A stretch of 64,000 bases of DNA, taken from an uncultured candidate division Zixibacteria bacterium (GTDB taxonomy: Bacteria; Zixibacteria; MSB-5A5; RBG-16-43-9). Made by a program: the position numbers and the translations under genes. The stretch covers positions 2,464,001 to 2,528,000 of the forward strand of contig OY970208.1 in assembly GCA_963713865.1 (NCBI GenBank), read 5' to 3'. Below, one piece after another: positions 61,487 to 64,000 of the stretch (position 1 is its first letter; the number at the start of each line of letters is the position of its first letter). Below the pieces are notes generated by a model. That model was not told the DNA's origin. It saw only the letters and a list, made by a program, of their open reading frames with translations, and did no database searches.

Positions 61487-62392
61487 TTATTTGTTTATTA
61501 ACCTTTTTAAGGCCTCTTCATATTTTTCTTTTGTTTTCAGGATTACATCTTCAGGAAGCTCTGGTGCTGGTGGTTTTTTATTCCAGTTTATTTTCTCCAG
61601 ATAATCCCGCACAAATTGTTTATCAAAACTTTCCTGGGACTTACCTGGTGAATAAACTTGCTTAGACCAGAAACGAGATGAGTCCGGAGATAAAATCTCG
61701 TCTATCAGGATGACCTTCTCTCCAGAAAAGCCGAATTCAAACTTAGTATCTGCGATGATCATCCCTTTCCTCTCAGCATAATCTGAACACTTCTGATAGA
61801 TAGCCATACTCTTCTCTTTGAGGTATTCAGATAAACTTGACCCGATTTTTTTCTTCATCTCCTCGAAGCTGATATTCTCATCATGTCCGCTCTCCGCTTT
61901 GGTAGCTGGAGTAAAAATCGGAAAAGAAAGTTTTTCCGACTCCTTAAGGTCATCTGGAAGCTGGTAGCCCAGTATTTCTATCCTTCCACTCTTGGATAAA
62001 TCTATTTTCTCCTGGTATTCCTTCCACAAAGAACCAGAGATATAACCTCTGACCACGCATTCCACATCAATCCTTTTAGCTTTCTTAACCAGCATTGACC
62101 GGTCCTCTAAGCTCTCCCTGTATTTATGTAACTCTGCTGGATAATCATCCACTTTAAAACTCAGGAGATGATTATCGATTAAATCTTTAACCAGCTCAAA
62201 CCAGAATAAGGACATCCTGGTCAACACCTTTCCCTTTCCAGGAATCCCATTCGGAAGTACCACATCAAAAGCAGATAAACGGTCAGTTGCTATGATTAAA
62301 AGTTTATCCTTTAAGTCATACACATCTCTGACCTTTCCTTGAGCATAAATAGGGAATTCTTTAATTTCTGTCTTTAATAACGCTTTTTCCAT
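61487..62392 (-). CDS. purC: SAICAR synthetase PurC
   Basis: GKVRDVY, ATDRLSAFD, ECVVRGY, DTKFEFG, PDSSRFW. Confidence 0.96.
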   Translation of the reverse strand: MEKALLKTEIKEFPIYAQGKVRDVYDLKDKLLIIATDRLSAFDVVLPNGIPGKGKVLTRMSLFWFELVKDLIDNHLLSFKVDDYPAELHKYRESLEDRSMLVKKAKRIDVECVVRGYISGSLWKEYQEKIDLSKSGRIEILGYQLPDDLKESEKLSFPIFTPATKAESGHDENISFEEMKKKIGSSLSEYLKEKSMAIYQKCSDYAERKGMIIADTKFEFGFSGEKVILIDEILSPDSSRFWSKQVYSPGKSQESFDKQFVRDYLEKINWNKKPPAPELPEDVILKTKEKYEEALKRLINK

Positions 62393-62439
62393 TTTATTCC
62401 CCTTAAAGTTAAAGATTAAGGAGTCTGCTGTAACTTATT

Positions 62440-63066
62440 TTATGTCTTGATATAAGCACGATTATCTTTTACCTCTACTCTGCTTTCAGCAAAAAGTTGA
62501 ATCGCCTCTTTATAGGTTTGATGTTCCACTTTAAGGACTCTTTCAGCTAAACTTTCTGGAGTATCATCATCTTTAACTTCCACTGGCTTTTGTATTACAA
62601 TTGCACCATGATCATAGACCTCATCCACAATGTGGACAGTTACTCCAGTGATTTTCACCCCCGATTTTATCACCGCCTCGTGCACGTGAATACCATACAT
62701 TCCTGGTCCCCCAAAATGAGGAAGTAGTGCCGGATGGATATTCAGGATTCTATTTTTATAAGCCCGGATAATTACAGGAGAAAGTATTTTCATATACCCG
62801 GCTAAGACCACCATATCTATCTGATTTTCTTTTAAAACTTCAAGCAGCCTCTGGTCGAACTCCTCGAGAGTAGTAAACTGTTTATGGCTCAGATGCAAAG
62901 CCGGGATATTATGATTTTTAGCTCTCTCTAAGGCAAAAGCTTTACTGTTATTACTGATAACTATCTTAATCTCAGCTAATAGCTCTCCCCTTTCTATCGC
63001 ATCAATCAAAGCTTGAAGATTCGTCCCTCCACCTGAACAAAGGATTGCTAAGTTCAGTTTTTTCAT
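62440..63066 (-). CDS. purN: Phosphoribosylglycinamide formyltransferase PurN
   Basis: SGGGTNLQA, LAGYM, NIHPALLP. Confidence 0.95.
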   Translation of the reverse strand: MKKLNLAILCSGGGTNLQALIDAIERGELLAEIKIVISNNSKAFALERAKNHNIPALHLSHKQFTTLEEFDQRLLEVLKENQIDMVVLAGYMKILSPVIIRAYKNRILNIHPALLPHFGGPGMYGIHVHEAVIKSGVKITGVTVHIVDEVYDHGAIVIQKPVEVKDDDTPESLAERVLKVEHQTYKEAIQLFAESRVEVKDNRAYIKT

Positions 63067-63094
63067 TTCTCCAAATTCTCCTTATTCATTTATT

Positions 63095-63180
63095 CCGTCG
63101 GGTCAGGGGACCCGACGGGCACGTGAAAGTAACTAAACTGTGCCTGCCTTTCTGTGCTCGTCAGGTCCCCCGACCTGGCG
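63095..63180. repeat. Two REP palindromes downstream of the RAYT gene
   Basis: CCGTCGGGTCAGGGGACCCGACGG-GCAC (63095-63122) and an inverted variant (63154-63180). Confidence 0.85.
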
Positions 63181-63190
63181 AATTAAGACC

Positions 63191-63745
63191 TCAAAAACTT
63201 AATAACTCAGTGTCAACTTTAATTATTGAATGGTCATTCAAAATATAATTTCTGGCACTAGAATATCGATAATCCTCAGGTTTCTCTACTAATCCTTCTT
63301 TGCCCGGATTATTATGGATATAGTCTATTTTAGTTCTTAATATCTTAGGACTATAGACACCTAAATCATCATATCCTAGTTGCCAGATTTGATATTCCCA
63401 ATTCTTTTTCTTGGGTTCTTCTAATCTAAATAATTTCAACCAATTTATTCTCTTGTCTTTCTCCATCTGCTCACGCAATTTCCTAGCTGTAAATATTTTA
63501 AAGTCTTCTATAATTTTAGAAATTTCTTTTACTCTTTCCTGGTCTGGATAAATCAACAAATGAATATGATCTGGCATAACTACGTAGGCAATCAGCTTAA
63601 AAGCATACTTTTCTCTATAAAAGCTAATATTCTCTAAAATTATATCAATATATTTTTTCTCTTTGAAAATCTTGACAAATTTATTAACGCTTGTTGTGAT
63701 AAAATAACTATTACCTTCGAAATATTTCCTGCCTCTTAAAGGCAT
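63191..63745 (-). mobile_element. REP-associated tyrosine transposase (RAYT/TnpA-REP, Y1 HUH family)
   Basis: YFITTSV, YVVMPDHIHLL (HUH), IWQ, YIHNNP, YRYSSA; start set at ATG 63745; REPs on both sides. Confidence 0.88.
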
Positions 63746-63756
63746 ATAATTTCCAC

Positions 63757-63937
63757 CCGTTAGGTCAGGGGACCTAACGGTCACATGTAAAGTGTGCCTT
63801 CTTGTGTCCGCAAGGACCCCTGACCTTGCAGATAAAATTCTTACCGTCGGGTCAGGGGACCCGACGGGCACATTGAAACGGTCATGAAATCATAGTCACA
63901 GTATTACCGTGCCTACCAGATCCCCTAACCTGGCAGG
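63757..63937. repeat. Four alternating REP palindromes upstream of the RAYT gene
   Basis: Copies at about 63757-63784, 63804-63830, 63844-63871 and 63909-63937, consensus GTGN-CCGTCGGGTCCCCTGACCCGACGG. Confidence 0.85.
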
Positions 63938-64000
63938 AACTTCTATGCTTTTATTTTATGAGCAAACCTCTTTCCAAACTCAAAACATCTATTCAGTTCC

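Noticed and set aside
2643-61665. Numerous plus- and minus-strand shadow ORFs overlapping supported genes
   Set aside because: Antisense or alternate-frame to well-supported CDSs, with no RBS or motif support
63746-63871. N-terminal extension of the RAYT ORF (similarly queH 28028-28081 and dnaB 57044-57106)
   Set aside because: Encoded by REP or short-repeat DNA; the conserved domains start downstream

Overview
Bacterial chromosomal window, mostly AT-rich. The dockerin-tailed C25 peptidase suggests candidate phylum Zixibacteria (inference only). Left part: sensor kinases, a PDZ protein, a large gingipain-like peptidase, GlcF/GlcD, and a sigma54 signalling cluster containing an apparent pseudokinase and a degenerate GGDEF gene. 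At 17.5-23.2 kb, an accessory array (asnA, GT14 glycosyltransferase, small membrane protein, catalase) has each gene preceded by a copy of one AT-rich repeat ending exactly at an integron-type GTT core, with no integrase in the window. The rest is largely minus-strand housekeeping: ldh2, larA, queH, ruvBAC, yebC, EF-G paralogue, Hel308-like helicase, pepF, tRNA-Leu, rne/rng, fmt, def, yajC, tgt, frameshifted radA, mlaF/E, dnaB, udg, coaBC, purH/C/N. It is interrupted by a ~4.2 kb island bounded by a diverged duplication of the pepF 3' end and ends with a REP-associated Y1 transposase (RAYT). Intergenic DNA is dense with REP-like palindromes. The most unusual signal is a family of 20-22 bp TCC-Nx-GGATCC-Ny-GGA insertions. 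They sit inside REPs, inside each other and inside coding sequences (fmt, helicase, ruvC, larA, a kinase). All calls come from reading the sequence; no searches were run.
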